Notes under the pieces: model-generated | The model's database searches: none | What the model was told of the DNA's origin: nothing | The model's input: only the letters and a program-made list of their open reading frames with translations | Assembly: GCA_023137185.1 (NCBI GenBank) | Contig: JAGLPS010000002.1 | Span: 1 to 45,457, forward strand | Direction: 5' to 3' | From: Minisyncoccota bacterium | GTDB taxonomy: Bacteria > Patescibacteriota > Minisyncoccia > Phycocordibacterales > JAGLPS01 | Length of the DNA stretch: 45,457 nucleotides | Shown here: positions 9,616 through 17,657 of the stretch, piece by piece | Layout: the number at the start of each line of letters is the position of its first letter | Numbering within the stretch: position 1 is the first letter of the stretch | Position numbers and translations under genes: made by a program

Positions 9616-11097
9616 TTATTTTACCCAATGTTTTTCTCGAATTTCTTTTACTTTCTTCCCCTCTTCTTCTTCCTTTCTTGATTTTCCTTTTTCCCCAATA
9701 TTTTTTAATGTTTCATCTGAAAGCTTCACTAGTTTCTCGGCTTTTTTTAGCAAAACATTTTTTTTATTTAAAGTAGGGTCTTCCAAAACATTCTCTAATA
9801 GGGCATGTAAAATATGGCCTATTTTAGGTCCCGGATTCATTTTAAGTTCTTTCATAAGAATGTTTCCGTCTACGCGTAACATCGTGACTGAAACAGGGTC
9901 GGCCATAACTTCTTCAATCATAGACTTATACTTACGTAATCTGTAAGGGCTTTCTTTGGGTCTTCCTGTCCCAATACGGTCACACATTCTTACATTTATT
10001 AGATTCCACACATCCTCTTTCCCTACACGTGAAACCAAGCGACGCACTGCGGAAAGCGATATTTTCTCAGTATCAGAGAAAAACATATGCCAACGGACAA
10101 GTTTAAACACCTTTTCCGTAATTTCCTTTGAAAATCTGAGATTTTTTAATATTTTTTCTGTAATTCTAGCCCCAACCACATCATGCCCATGAAATATCCA
10201 GTCCTTTTTTTCTTCTGACCACTCACGTATGTATGACTTTCCGATATCATGAAATAACGTCGCGAGCCTAATACTGATGTCCCATTTTTTATTGACAGCG
10301 TGTTGCAAGCTTTTTAAGCTGTGTGTCCATACATCAAAAGAATGCGCCTTATTTTGTTTTATACCAATTCCTTTTTCTAATTCAGGAACAATATACTTCA
10401 AAACCCCCAATTTCTGGCTTAAAACAATAGATTCTGAGGGATTGTCTGAAAGAATAATCCTTGTAAATTCATCCCGTATTCTTTCTTTTGAGATTTTTTC
10501 AAGTAAATAAGCACTTTCTTTAATTGCTGTTTCTGTATCGGTGTTTAACGTGAAACTAAGTTCCGCGTGAAGCCTTATAGCTCTCAATATTCTTAGGCCG
10601 TCTTCTCTAAACCTTTCTTTAGGTTTTCCGACAGTTCTTATAATTTTTTCTTTTAAGTCTTTCTCTCCACTGTGCAAGTCGATGGTCCCCTTTTGTGGGT
10701 TGTAGGCAATTGCGTTGATTGTAAAATCCCTTCTTTTTAAATCGTCTTCGATTTTTTTGCTGAAGGCAACAGAATCAGGACGTCTATTGTCTGAATATGA
10801 TGTTTCAAGCCGAAAAGGAGTTATCTCAATAATCTCTAGACTTTTGTCCTTTACATTTTTATTCACTACTCCCACTGTCCCATAGTTATTCTCGTAAAAA
10901 GTTTCTTCAAATAAAGATATAATTTGTTCGGGTAATGCGTCAGTGGTGATATCCCAATCTTTGGGTTTTCTTTTAAGTAACAAATCTCTCACGCATCCCC
11001 CAACAATATAGGCTTCAAAACCTTCATTTTCCAGTTTCTCTATGATTCCGAGAACCTCTTTTGGTATTTTTAATTTCTGGTTTTTCAGGGTCTTCAT
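9616..11097 (-). CDS. cca: CCA tRNA nucleotidyltransferase with HD domain
   Basis: VGGCVRD, DWDITT, RRDFTINA, EDGLRILRA, LFHDIGK. Confidence 0.9.
   Translation of the reverse strand: MKTLKNQKLKIPKEVLGIIEKLENEGFEAYIVGGCVRDLLLKRKPKDWDITTDALPEQIISLFEETFYENNYGTVGVVNKNVKDKSLEIIEITPFRLETSYSDNRRPDSVAFSKKIEDDLKRRDFTINAIAYNPQKGTIDLHSGEKDLKEKIIRTVGKPKERFREDGLRILRAIRLHAELSFTLNTDTETAIKESAYLLEKISKERIRDEFTRIILSDNPSESIVLSQKLGVLKYIVPELEKGIGIKQNKAHSFDVWTHSLKSLQHAVNKKWDISIRLATLFHDIGKSYIREWSEEKKDWIFHGHDVVGARITEKILKNLRFSKEITEKVFKLVRWHMFFSDTEKISLSAVRRLVSRVGKEDVWNLINVRMCDRIGTGRPKESPYRLRKYKSMIEEVMADPVSVTMLRVDGNILMKELKMNPGPKIGHILHALLENVLEDPTLNKKNVLLKKAEKLVKLSDETLKNIGEKGKSRKEEEEGKKVKEIREKHWVK
10542..10557. promoter_or_regulatory. 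parS-like site inside cca
   Basis: TGTTTAACGTGAAACT, 14/16 match to consensus TGTTTCACGTGAAACA. Confidence 0.55.
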
Positions 11098-11191
11098 TGG
11101 AATAATTTTAGTACATATTTGGTTTTTTTGCTAACCTGAGCTATTATTTTCTAAGTGGGCTTATATGGTGAAACTCGTCTGCCTAGATTTT

Positions 11192-11263
11192 GCCCCCGTA
11201 GCTTAAAGGATAAAGCGCTAGTCTTCGGAACTAGTAATGGGGGTTCGATTCCCTCCGGGGGCA
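11192..11263 (+). tRNA. tRNA-Arg(TCG), CCA not encoded
   Basis: Acceptor GCCCCCG/CGGGGGC, anticodon arm CTAGT-CTTCGGA-ACTAG, T loop TTCGATT. Confidence 0.93.
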
Positions 11264-11279
11264 CAAATTGAGCGAAGCG

Positions 11280-11432
11280 AAAGCTGTGCCCCCGGAGGCG
11301 CAGCTTTCTTTCTTAAGAAAGCGTAGCGCGGATTCGAAGACCTTTTGAGGTTTTGCCATAAACGCAAAGTAAAAGGTTTAAATCCAACCGGAACAGTGTC
11401 AGGGACATACAGAAGCAAAGGAAGATGAATCC
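11280..11432 (+). repeat. tRNA-trailing structured element containing an antisense copy of the tRNA-Arg 3' end
   Basis: 11285-11298 is the exact reverse complement of 11252-11265. Hairpins at 11280-11307 and 11303-11322. Confidence 0.6.
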
Positions 11433-11528
11433 AAAGGCGTTCAAAGACTGAATGGATAAAATTGAAAAAGCACCATTTTCAGGTTACAATTACTTCTTTC
11501 TGGTAAAAAGGTTTAGCAAAGAGCTTTT

Positions 11529-11599
11529 GCGGGTATAGTTTAGTGGTAGAATGACTGCCTTCCAAGCAGTAGATGGGAGTTCGATTCTCCCTACCCGCA
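11529..11599 (+). tRNA. tRNA-Gly(TCC), CCA not encoded
   Basis: GCGGGTA/TACCCGC acceptor, ACTGC-CTTCCAA-GCAGT anticodon arm, GGGAG-TTCGATT-CTCCC T arm. Confidence 0.95.
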
Positions 11600-11759
11600 C
11601 AAATTAAAAATGTCGATAAAGCTGTTTACAGTGTTGATAAAAGACAAACGTCCTTTGTCCATTTAATAAAGAGCAAAAATATTTTTATGGCTCTAAACAA
11701 GGTTATAAATAAAGTTTTCAAAGACAGAAATAAAAAGGGGCTAGAACAAAAGACTTTTA

Positions 11760-11775
11760 AGTTTCACGTGAAATA
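11760..11775. promoter_or_regulatory. parS-like site
   Basis: AGTTTCACGTGAAATA, 14/16 match to consensus. A weaker copy lies at 11966-11981 within yraN. Confidence 0.65.
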
Positions 11776-11792
11776 ACATCTGTTTGTTTCTT

Positions 11793-12194
11793 ATGAAACA
11801 GAAGACCAACAGAAAAAAAGTAGGCGACATTGGAGAAAATATTGCTACAAAATTTCTTATAAAAAAGGGGTTCAGAGTGTTATCGCGAAACTATCTCAAG
11901 CCCTTTGGGGAAATAGATATTATTGCTGAAATAAAAGGTACTCTACATTTTATAGAAGTAAAAACGGTTTCATGTGAAAATATAGAAACATTTCTCAAAA
12001 AAAGGGATTTTTATAGACCAGAGGACAATGTCCACGCTTGGAAGCTCTCTAGGATATCAAAAACAATACAAGTGTATTTATCTGAAAAACATCTTTCTGA
12101 AGATGTCGAATGGGTTTTTGATGTTGTGGCTATTTATTTAGATGTTAAGACAAAAAAAGCGAGGGTTTCTTTTCTTGAAGATATCATTTTATAA
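11793..12194 (+). CDS. yraN: YraN family (UPF0102) putative endonuclease
   Basis: GDIGENIA, GEIDII and FIEVK PD-(D/E)xK-type motifs. Confidence 0.88.
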   Translation: MKQKTNRKKVGDIGENIATKFLIKKGFRVLSRNYLKPFGEIDIIAEIKGTLHFIEVKTVSCENIETFLKKRDFYRPEDNVHAWKLSRISKTIQVYLSEKHLSEDVEWVFDVVAIYLDVKTKKARVSFLEDIIL

Positions 12195-12253
12195 CTTATA
12201 TTACGCTAAATTTCTGTGTTTCTTTCTTTGTTTATGGTATGCTTGTATGACTT

Positions 12254-12460
12254 TGGGGTATGGTGTAATGGCTAACATACTCGCTTTAGGATCAATTTTT
12301 TGTCGGGGCGTAGTACAATGGTAGTATACACGCTTTGGGAGCGTGAGACCCGAGTCCGATTCTCGGCGCCCCGACAAAGAATTGATCGGATGTTCGGAAA
12401 ATATCCGTGGAATTCCTTTAAGGAACTGAACGACTCCCGGTTCGAATCCGAGTACCCCGA
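12254..12460 (+). ncRNA. Outer tRNA-Pro-like shell interrupted in the anticodon arm (pseudo-tRNA or novel tRNA-like RNA)
   Basis: 5' half TGGGGTA-TG-GTGT-AATGGCTA-ACAT-A-CTCGC-TTTAGG. 3' half GACT-CCCGG-TTCGAAT-CCGAG-TACCCCG-A. Extended -10 TGGTATGCT at 12235-12243. Confidence 0.7.
12304..12374 (+). tRNA. tRNA-Pro(TGG), nested in the outer shell
   Basis: CGGGGCG/CGCCCCG-A acceptor, GTAC/GTAT D stem, CACGC-TTTGGGA-GCGTG anticodon arm, CCGAG-TCCGATT-CTCGG T arm. Confidence 0.9.
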
Positions 12461-12493
12461 TATAATATTTAAAGCAAAGAATTATCGCGCCTA

Positions 12494-12526
12494 GCAAGCC
12501 TGCTTGCGGTAGGCAGGTGTGGGGGT
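12494..12526. repeat. Palindromic repeat plus lone GGTGTGGGGGT element end
   Basis: CCTGCTTGCGGTAGGCAGG hairpin, related to 19973-19992. The terminus matches those at 40317 and 42720. Confidence 0.5.
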
Positions 12527-12542
12527 TTGTTCCGAAAAATCT

Positions 12543-13832
12543 TTATTTTGCTAACCCTCTCTTTAAGATTTCTGAAAAGACAGGGAAACTAATGCGGTAA
12601 AACGCGTTTACATAATTGTTTATATCAGCCTTAACAAAGCTAGAAAGGTCTAGAGAAATCTCTGCATACAGGCTTTGGCTAATATGGGACGCAGTAATTG
12701 CTCGCAAGTCTCGTTCAGATGTCTGTGCTTCTTCAGTTGTTGTAACAACTATGCCTACTATGTTACCGTATTTATTAACAATGGCTCCTCCTGAAGACCC
12801 TTTTTGGGCTAAGATACTGCTACCAATTGAAAAAAGGTCAACAGTTTCGGCGGTAAAAGTAAATATCTCACGTACCGTAACTATAGAAGAAACGCTATGT
12901 AGTTCGTTAAAAACGACAAAACCTCCTAAAAATCCAGCGGGATATCCGGCGACAAGCACCTGCTCATTTTTTTGCGGGGTGGAGGTTACGCCAACTGGTA
13001 CAAAAGGAAAACTCTTAGGTAAAGTCTTCGTTTCAGACACCATAGATGTGATAAAGAGAAAACCGTAATCGTTTTCTCCAGTACCTTTAGGATTTACTTC
13101 CGTGATATTTGTTGCGTTTTCTTGCAACCATTGTGCTGAAATATGGGCTATTTTAGCTTTATACGAAGATTGCGCGGGGCTTCCAGTGCGTATAAAGCAA
13201 TCAGCCAAATCTGGAAGGAGAAAATACTGCGCAATATGAGCATTTGTAAGAATTAAGCCTTTGGGGTCTATGATTACTCCGCTACCGCTGATAGGACTCA
13301 GTATGTTACTTTTTGGTATGCAAAGAATGTTAACAAGAGCCGCTTTTGTTTTTTGGTTTATCTCTTCAAAGTCTTGTTCTAAGAAAGAGGGGAGAGAAAG
13401 AGCGACATTGGCACCACTAGTATTTTTTTCTTCAAAGTCTTGTTTTAAATCGTCGTCGATACTTATTTGTTTCCGCTCGTTTTTTTTAGTGTCTATATCT
13501 GCAACTTCCTTTTCTTGTTGATTTGGAGCGGATGATTCTTCTGTTTCCTTATTGGCTCCGTTTACTTTGGTGTAGTCTTGCGGTAGTAGTGGACTTTCCT
13601 GCGAATATATGTCCCTGCGGTCTTTGTCGCAGGGTAATATCGGTATTCGCTCTGCTCGTTCAACCACCCCGCCGCAGGCGGGGTGGTATTGACCTATAGT
13701 TTGACTTTGCTCGGATGCCATGAAAGCTCGGAAGCTTTCATGGCATCCTCGCTCGTCAAAATAAGAAAACAAAACAGCAATTATGATAAAAATCCCGAAA
13801 CCGAACTTCAGAAAAACATTCATATGCTTCAT
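12543..13832 (-). CDS. Membrane-anchored trypsin-like (S1) serine protease
   Basis: N-terminal TM helix; GSGVII, LTNAHI (His), ENDYG (Asp), KGSSGG (Ser). Confidence 0.88.
   Translation of the reverse strand: MKHMNVFLKFGFGIFIIIAVLFSYFDERGCHESFRAFMASEQSQTIGQYHPACGGVVERAERIPILPCDKDRRDIYSQESPLLPQDYTKVNGANKETEESSAPNQQEKEVADIDTKKNERKQISIDDDLKQDFEEKNTSGANVALSLPSFLEQDFEEINQKTKAALVNILCIPKSNILSPISGSGVIIDPKGLILTNAHIAQYFLLPDLADCFIRTGSPAQSSYKAKIAHISAQWLQENATNITEVNPKGTGENDYGFLFITSMVSETKTLPKSFPFVPVGVTSTPQKNEQVLVAGYPAGFLGGFVVFNELHSVSSIVTVREIFTFTAETVDLFSIGSSILAQKGSSGGAIVNKYGNIVGIVVTTTEEAQTSERDLRAITASHISQSLYAEISLDLSSFVKADINNYVNAFYRISFPVFSEILKRGLAK
13613..13760 (-). repeat. Composite palindromic repeat inserted in frame in the protease gene
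   Basis: Hairpins at 13613-13634, 13663-13687 and 13713-13748. 13685-13760 is homologous to intergenic 19960-20066. Confidence 0.75.
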
Positions 13833-13889
13833 TATACAAGGATTTGAAATTGCGACAGCATTATTTTTTTGGTACTATACGGCTTACTT

Positions 13890-13960
13890 GCGGGTATAGT
13901 TTAGTGGTAGAATGTATCCTTGCCAAGGATAAGATGGGAGTTCGATTCTCCCTACCCGCA
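13890..13960 (+). tRNA. tRNA-Gly(GCC), CCA not encoded
   Basis: Same body as tRNA-Gly(TCC), with anticodon arm TATCC-TTGCCAA-GGATA. Confidence 0.95.
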
Positions 13961-14163
13961 CAAACACAAAAATATTGGGCTTCCTCAAGATTTTGTTGTT
14001 TTTGCGAGGTAGAAGCAAGCAAACTACTTTGCTTGCGTGGAGAATCGAAAAGCGGAGCCATCCCGAGCTTGTCGAGGGAGGTGAGCTCGGGGAGGAAGTT
14101 CTTAACGACCCGCCAACTGGCGGGGAGATTAGAAACTTGACCCCGATTCTCCCTACCCGCACA
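13943..14163 (+). mobile_element. Miniature tRNA-associated element bounded by a 20-bp direct repeat of the tRNA-Gly 3' end
   Basis: CGATTCTCCCTACCCGCACA at 13943-13962 and 14144-14163, with internal hairpins and an antisense tRNA copy. Confidence 0.7.
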
Positions 14164-14171
14164 GAAAATAT

Positions 14172-14214
14172 AAATATAAAATCCCTTCGTCTTGGGCGAA
14201 GGGATTTTATATTT
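14172..14214. terminator. Bidirectional terminator
   Basis: AAATATAAAATCCCTTCG / CGAAGGGATTTTATATTT. Confidence 0.8.
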
Positions 14215-14311
14215 TTCTCTAGAGAAAAGATTATTCCGACAAGTAAACGATGCCGCGGAAAAGTTTTGCTTTTACATGGTTCGCGAGTGATGTCGGAACA
14301 AAAGACGCTTT

Positions 14312-14584
14312 TTATTTTACTGCGTCTTTAAGAGCTTTTGCTGCTCTGAATTTTGGAACTCTCATTGACGGAACCTGGATAGCTTCTCCGGTTCTTGGGT
14401 TTCGGGCTTGGCGCGCCGCGCGAGTTTTTGCGGAGAAAATTCCAAGTCCTGCGATTGAGACTTCCTCACCTTTCTGCAAGGTTGAGACAATGGACACAAT
14501 TACTGTGTCAATTGCTTGTTCCGCTTGAGTTTTCGGAACTCCGATTTTTTCCGCAACTGCGTCGACAATAGCTTGTTTGTTCAT
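14312..14584 (-). CDS. hup: DNA-binding protein HU
   Basis: MNKQAIVDAVA, GLGIF, ARNPRTGEAIQV, PKFRAAKALKDAVK. Confidence 0.95.
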   Translation of the reverse strand: MNKQAIVDAVAEKIGVPKTQAEQAIDTVIVSIVSTLQKGEEVSIAGLGIFSAKTRAARQARNPRTGEAIQVPSMRVPKFRAAKALKDAVK

Positions 14585-14712
14585 AAAAAATAAAGAAATT
14601 TGTTGGTAAATCTTTTTTCGACCCCCCTTCAAACCCTCAAGCACGTTTCGGCCTGAGTATAGTTTGTGTAGAAATAATTATATACAACGGTAAAAAGGTC
14701 GCAAGAAGATTG

Positions 14713-16242
14713 CTAACGAGCAAATTCAATGGCCCGTGCCTCTCGAATAACATTCACCTTGATTTCTCCCGGGTATTTAAGTTCATTTTCTATGCGTAAA
14801 GCTATATCCCTAGCCATTTTTCGGGCATCTGTGTCAGATGCTTCTGCTGATTTTACGAAAATTCTTATTTCTCGGCCTGCAGAAATAGCATACGACTTTT
14901 CCACACTAGGGAATGAGTTAGCAATTGCTTCAAGATCTTCAAGGCGTTTCAGGTAGTTTTCAACTGTGTCACGGCGAACTCCAGGTCTTCCAGCTGATAT
15001 TGCGTCAACAGCTTGCACAATATATGCCTCTGGTATTTCGTATGGGTACTCATCATGGTGTGATTGCATTGCTTGAATTATCTTTGAGTCGGCACCAAAC
15101 TTCTGAAGAATTCGTTTTCCAATTTCAACGTGAGTTCCTGACACCTCATGATCAACAGCTTTACCAATGTCATGAAGAAGTGCCGCCGCTTTTGCTACGT
15201 ATACGTCTGCCCCAAGTTCTTCAGCGATCATTTCAGCTAAATGTGCCATTTCAATTGAATGTTGAAGTACGTTCTGTCCATAACTGGTACGATAATGCAG
15301 CCTTCCTAAAATTGCCACAATTCTCTGGTCAAGATTGAACACTCCGCATTCATATACCGCCTGTTCTCCTTTTTCTTTTATAACCTCATTTATTTCTTTT
15401 TTTGCTTTTTCAATCATTTCCTCGATTTTTGCAGGCTGAATTCTTCCATCAGCAATAAGATTTTCAAGAGCAATACGCGCAACCTGTCTTCGAACGGAGT
15501 CAAATGATGAAAGAGTAATAAAACCGGGGGTATCATCAACAATTACTTCCACGCCGCTCACTCGTTCAAATGTTTTTATGTTACGCCCCTCTTTACCGAT
15601 GATTTTTCCCTTGATTTCATCAGATGGAATAGCAACGGTTGTTGTCATAATATCTGACGAAACAGAATTCGCGAGACGTTGAATTGATGTAGTGAGAATT
15701 TCTTTCGCCTTTCTTTCCAAACTTTCTTTTCCTAGCGTTTCAAGTTTTTGCATTCGTATCATCAGATCTTCTGCTGTCTGTTTTTCAACAACAGACAGGA
15801 GCTCTTTTTTAGCCTCGTCTTTTGTTATTCCCGCAACTTTCTCAAGCTCCGTTTCTTTTTGTAGTTTTAGATCCTCCGTACGTTCGCGAATAGTTTTTAT
15901 TTCAGCGACTTTTTCTTTTACACCTTCTATTTCCTTATCAGTATCGAGTTGTCGTTTGTCTAGAAATTCCTCCTTTTTTATCAAACGCCCTTCAGTTTTT
16001 TTCAACTGGTCTTCTTTTTCTTTAACTTCTATGCGAACTTCTTTTAAAGTTTCTTCGGCCTTTTTCTCTGCTCCGGCAACTGTTTTTGTGGCTTCGTCTT
16101 TCGCTTCAAGCAACATCTGCTTGACCTTAAGCTCTGTTGATCCCCGGTTTCCTAGCGAAATCATCCATCGCAGGAAATATCCAAAAGCGACACCAAGGAG
16201 CGCTGCCGAAATCGCGAAAAGAAGCGCTATTTTTAATGACAT
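14713..16242 (-). CDS. rny: Ribonuclease Y
   Basis: N-terminal TM and coiled coil, KH domain (KGKIIGKEGRNI), HD domain (LLHDIGK), RTSYGQNVLQHS. Confidence 0.96.
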   Translation of the reverse strand: MSLKIALLFAISAALLGVAFGYFLRWMISLGNRGSTELKVKQMLLEAKDEATKTVAGAEKKAEETLKEVRIEVKEKEDQLKKTEGRLIKKEEFLDKRQLDTDKEIEGVKEKVAEIKTIRERTEDLKLQKETELEKVAGITKDEAKKELLSVVEKQTAEDLMIRMQKLETLGKESLERKAKEILTTSIQRLANSVSSDIMTTTVAIPSDEIKGKIIGKEGRNIKTFERVSGVEVIVDDTPGFITLSSFDSVRRQVARIALENLIADGRIQPAKIEEMIEKAKKEINEVIKEKGEQAVYECGVFNLDQRIVAILGRLHYRTSYGQNVLQHSIEMAHLAEMIAEELGADVYVAKAAALLHDIGKAVDHEVSGTHVEIGKRILQKFGADSKIIQAMQSHHDEYPYEIPEAYIVQAVDAISAGRPGVRRDTVENYLKRLEDLEAIANSFPSVEKSYAISAGREIRIFVKSAEASDTDARKMARDIALRIENELKYPGEIKVNVIREARAIEFAR

Positions 16243-16412
16243 ATATGGCGATATTCTCGCTTTTTAGACTACTTCCTTATGACAGAGAGATATGTTTTAA
16301 AGGTGAAATAACCATAAAATTCAATGTTTTCTGACTTTTCAGGTTTCAAACAAAAAGCGGGATATAAACATTAACAATTAGTAACACTGTTATCATACCT
16401 GTTTCTTCTCTA

Positions 16413-16448
16413 ATTGTAAAACTCCTCTTGACAGAGGAGTTTTACAAT
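16413..16448 (-). terminator. Hairpin downstream of clpP
   Basis: ATTGTAAAACTCCTCT / AGAGGAGTTTTACAAT. Confidence 0.65.
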
Positions 16449-16477
16449 GTTCACATCTCTCTTTAAGAGAAAGGCAA

Positions 16478-17068
16478 TTATTTTTTCGAACCTTTTTTCT
16501 GAAGAATTGTATCCACAGCTCCATATTTGAGCGCTTCTTCAGCATTCATAAAAAAATCACGCTCAACATCTTTTTCAATTTGGGAAAGAGTCTTCCCAGT
16601 GTTTTTTGCCATAATCCGATTTAATTTGTCACGAAGTTTGAGAATGTGTCGCGCGGAAATTTCAATATCTGTTGCCTGACCCTCTGCTCCTCCAAGAGGC
16701 TGGTGAATCATTACTTCCGCGTTTGGCAAGATAGCTCGTTTTCCTTTTGTACCAGAGGCAAGTATCCACGCTCCGCCGGAAGCGGCTATACCAACACAAA
16801 CTGTTGCGATATCGGGCTTGATGTGGTTCATTGTATCAATGATTGCGAGTGTCGCGGTGACTGAGCCCCCGGGGGAGTTAAGATATAGAGAAATATCCTT
16901 CTTTGAATCTTCTGATTCAAGAAACAAAAGCTGGGCGATAATAAGATTCGCGACGTTATCGTCAATTGGACCTCCCAGAAAGACAATTCGTTCGCGTAAA
17001 AGACGGGAATAAATATCATACGCCCTTTCTCCGAATTGTGATTTTTCTATAACTGTTGGAATTAACAT
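16478..17068 (-). CDS. clpP: ATP-dependent Clp protease proteolytic subunit
   Basis: [23 protein letters not shown] (Ser), MIHQP (His), ERD. Confidence 0.97.
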   Translation of the reverse strand: MLIPTVIEKSQFGERAYDIYSRLLRERIVFLGGPIDDNVANLIIAQLLFLESEDSKKDISLYLNSPGGSVTATLAIIDTMNHIKPDIATVCVGIAASGGAWILASGTKGKRAILPNAEVMIHQPLGGAEGQATDIEISARHILKLRDKLNRIMAKNTGKTLSQIEKDVERDFFMNAEEALKYGAVDTILQKKGSKK

Positions 17069-17289
17069 ATTTTTGAGTCAAAAGTCTAAAGTTTATAAAA
17101 TCTAAAAGCAAAACAGAAAGTCATTGTAGCAAAAAAATAAGCTCTTGACAAATTCTTTTGACTATGATTTGATTTCGGAAGAAAATGGCAGGCTCTTTAA
17201 AAGAGGTGTATCTATGGCCGTCCCTTATTAGCGGACTATGGTTCATTACATAAAGTAGTGGCCCGTAACTGCTAATAAAGGGGGTTAGG

Positions 17290-17574
17290 ATGGATAAAAC
17301 AGAAGAAATAACAGCGACATTGCGACGGATGGATAACGATAGTTTTAAGAAGTTTGACCAGGCGGCCAGCGAAGCACTGCAACTTTGTGTGGATTATTTT
17401 GATGGAGGTCAAAACGATAAAGAGGGAATGATTGACAAACTCATAGACCAGATCATGGACGTTGTGGAAATTAAACATAACTGGATATGCACGCGATATT
17501 TAATGGTACTTCAGCGTAATGGAAAAAAGTTTGATATTCCTCTCAAGAATCGTATTCAGGATCATCTCAATTAG
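17290..17574 (+). CDS. Orphan hypothetical protein inserted between tig and clpP
   Basis: 94-aa ORF with SD-like AAAGGGGGT at 17277-17285 and a terminator at 17588-17618. Confidence 0.6.
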   Translation: MDKTEEITATLRRMDNDSFKKFDQAASEALQLCVDYFDGGQNDKEGMIDKLIDQIMDVVEIKHNWICTRYLMVLQRNGKKFDIPLKNRIQDHLN

Positions 17575-17587
17575 TTTTTCACTACTT

Positions 17588-17618
17588 AAAAGCCCTGTGT
17601 ATTTTACATAGGGCTTTT
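17588..17618. terminator. Bidirectional terminator
   Basis: AAAAGCCCTGTGTA / TACATAGGGCTTTT. Confidence 0.75.
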
Positions 17619-17657
17619 ATTTGTTCTTTTCTTTATCACAGAGTCTATGTGTGGCAA

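Noticed and set aside
11375-11490. Group I intron-like words (AATCCAACC, GTTCAAAGACTGAATG)
   Set aside because: No complementary P7 partner strand was found and no interrupted host gene flanks the segment.
12290-12433. Insert in the outer tRNA as a self-splicing group I intron
   Set aside because: Apart from the inner tRNA only about 70 nt remain, too little for a catalytic core, and ligated exons would lack a proper anticodon stem.
12254-12460. tmRNA or tRNA-Leu(TAG) identity for the outer shell
   Set aside because: No G3-U70 pair or tag reading frame, and a D stem is present (unlike tmRNA). There is no long variable arm or intact anticodon stem for Leu.
12142-14331. Short ORFs overlapping the tRNA loci (12201-12497, 12300-12494, 13844-14140, 13975-14331)
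   Set aside because: They run through tRNA genes and repeats and are better explained by the RNA features.
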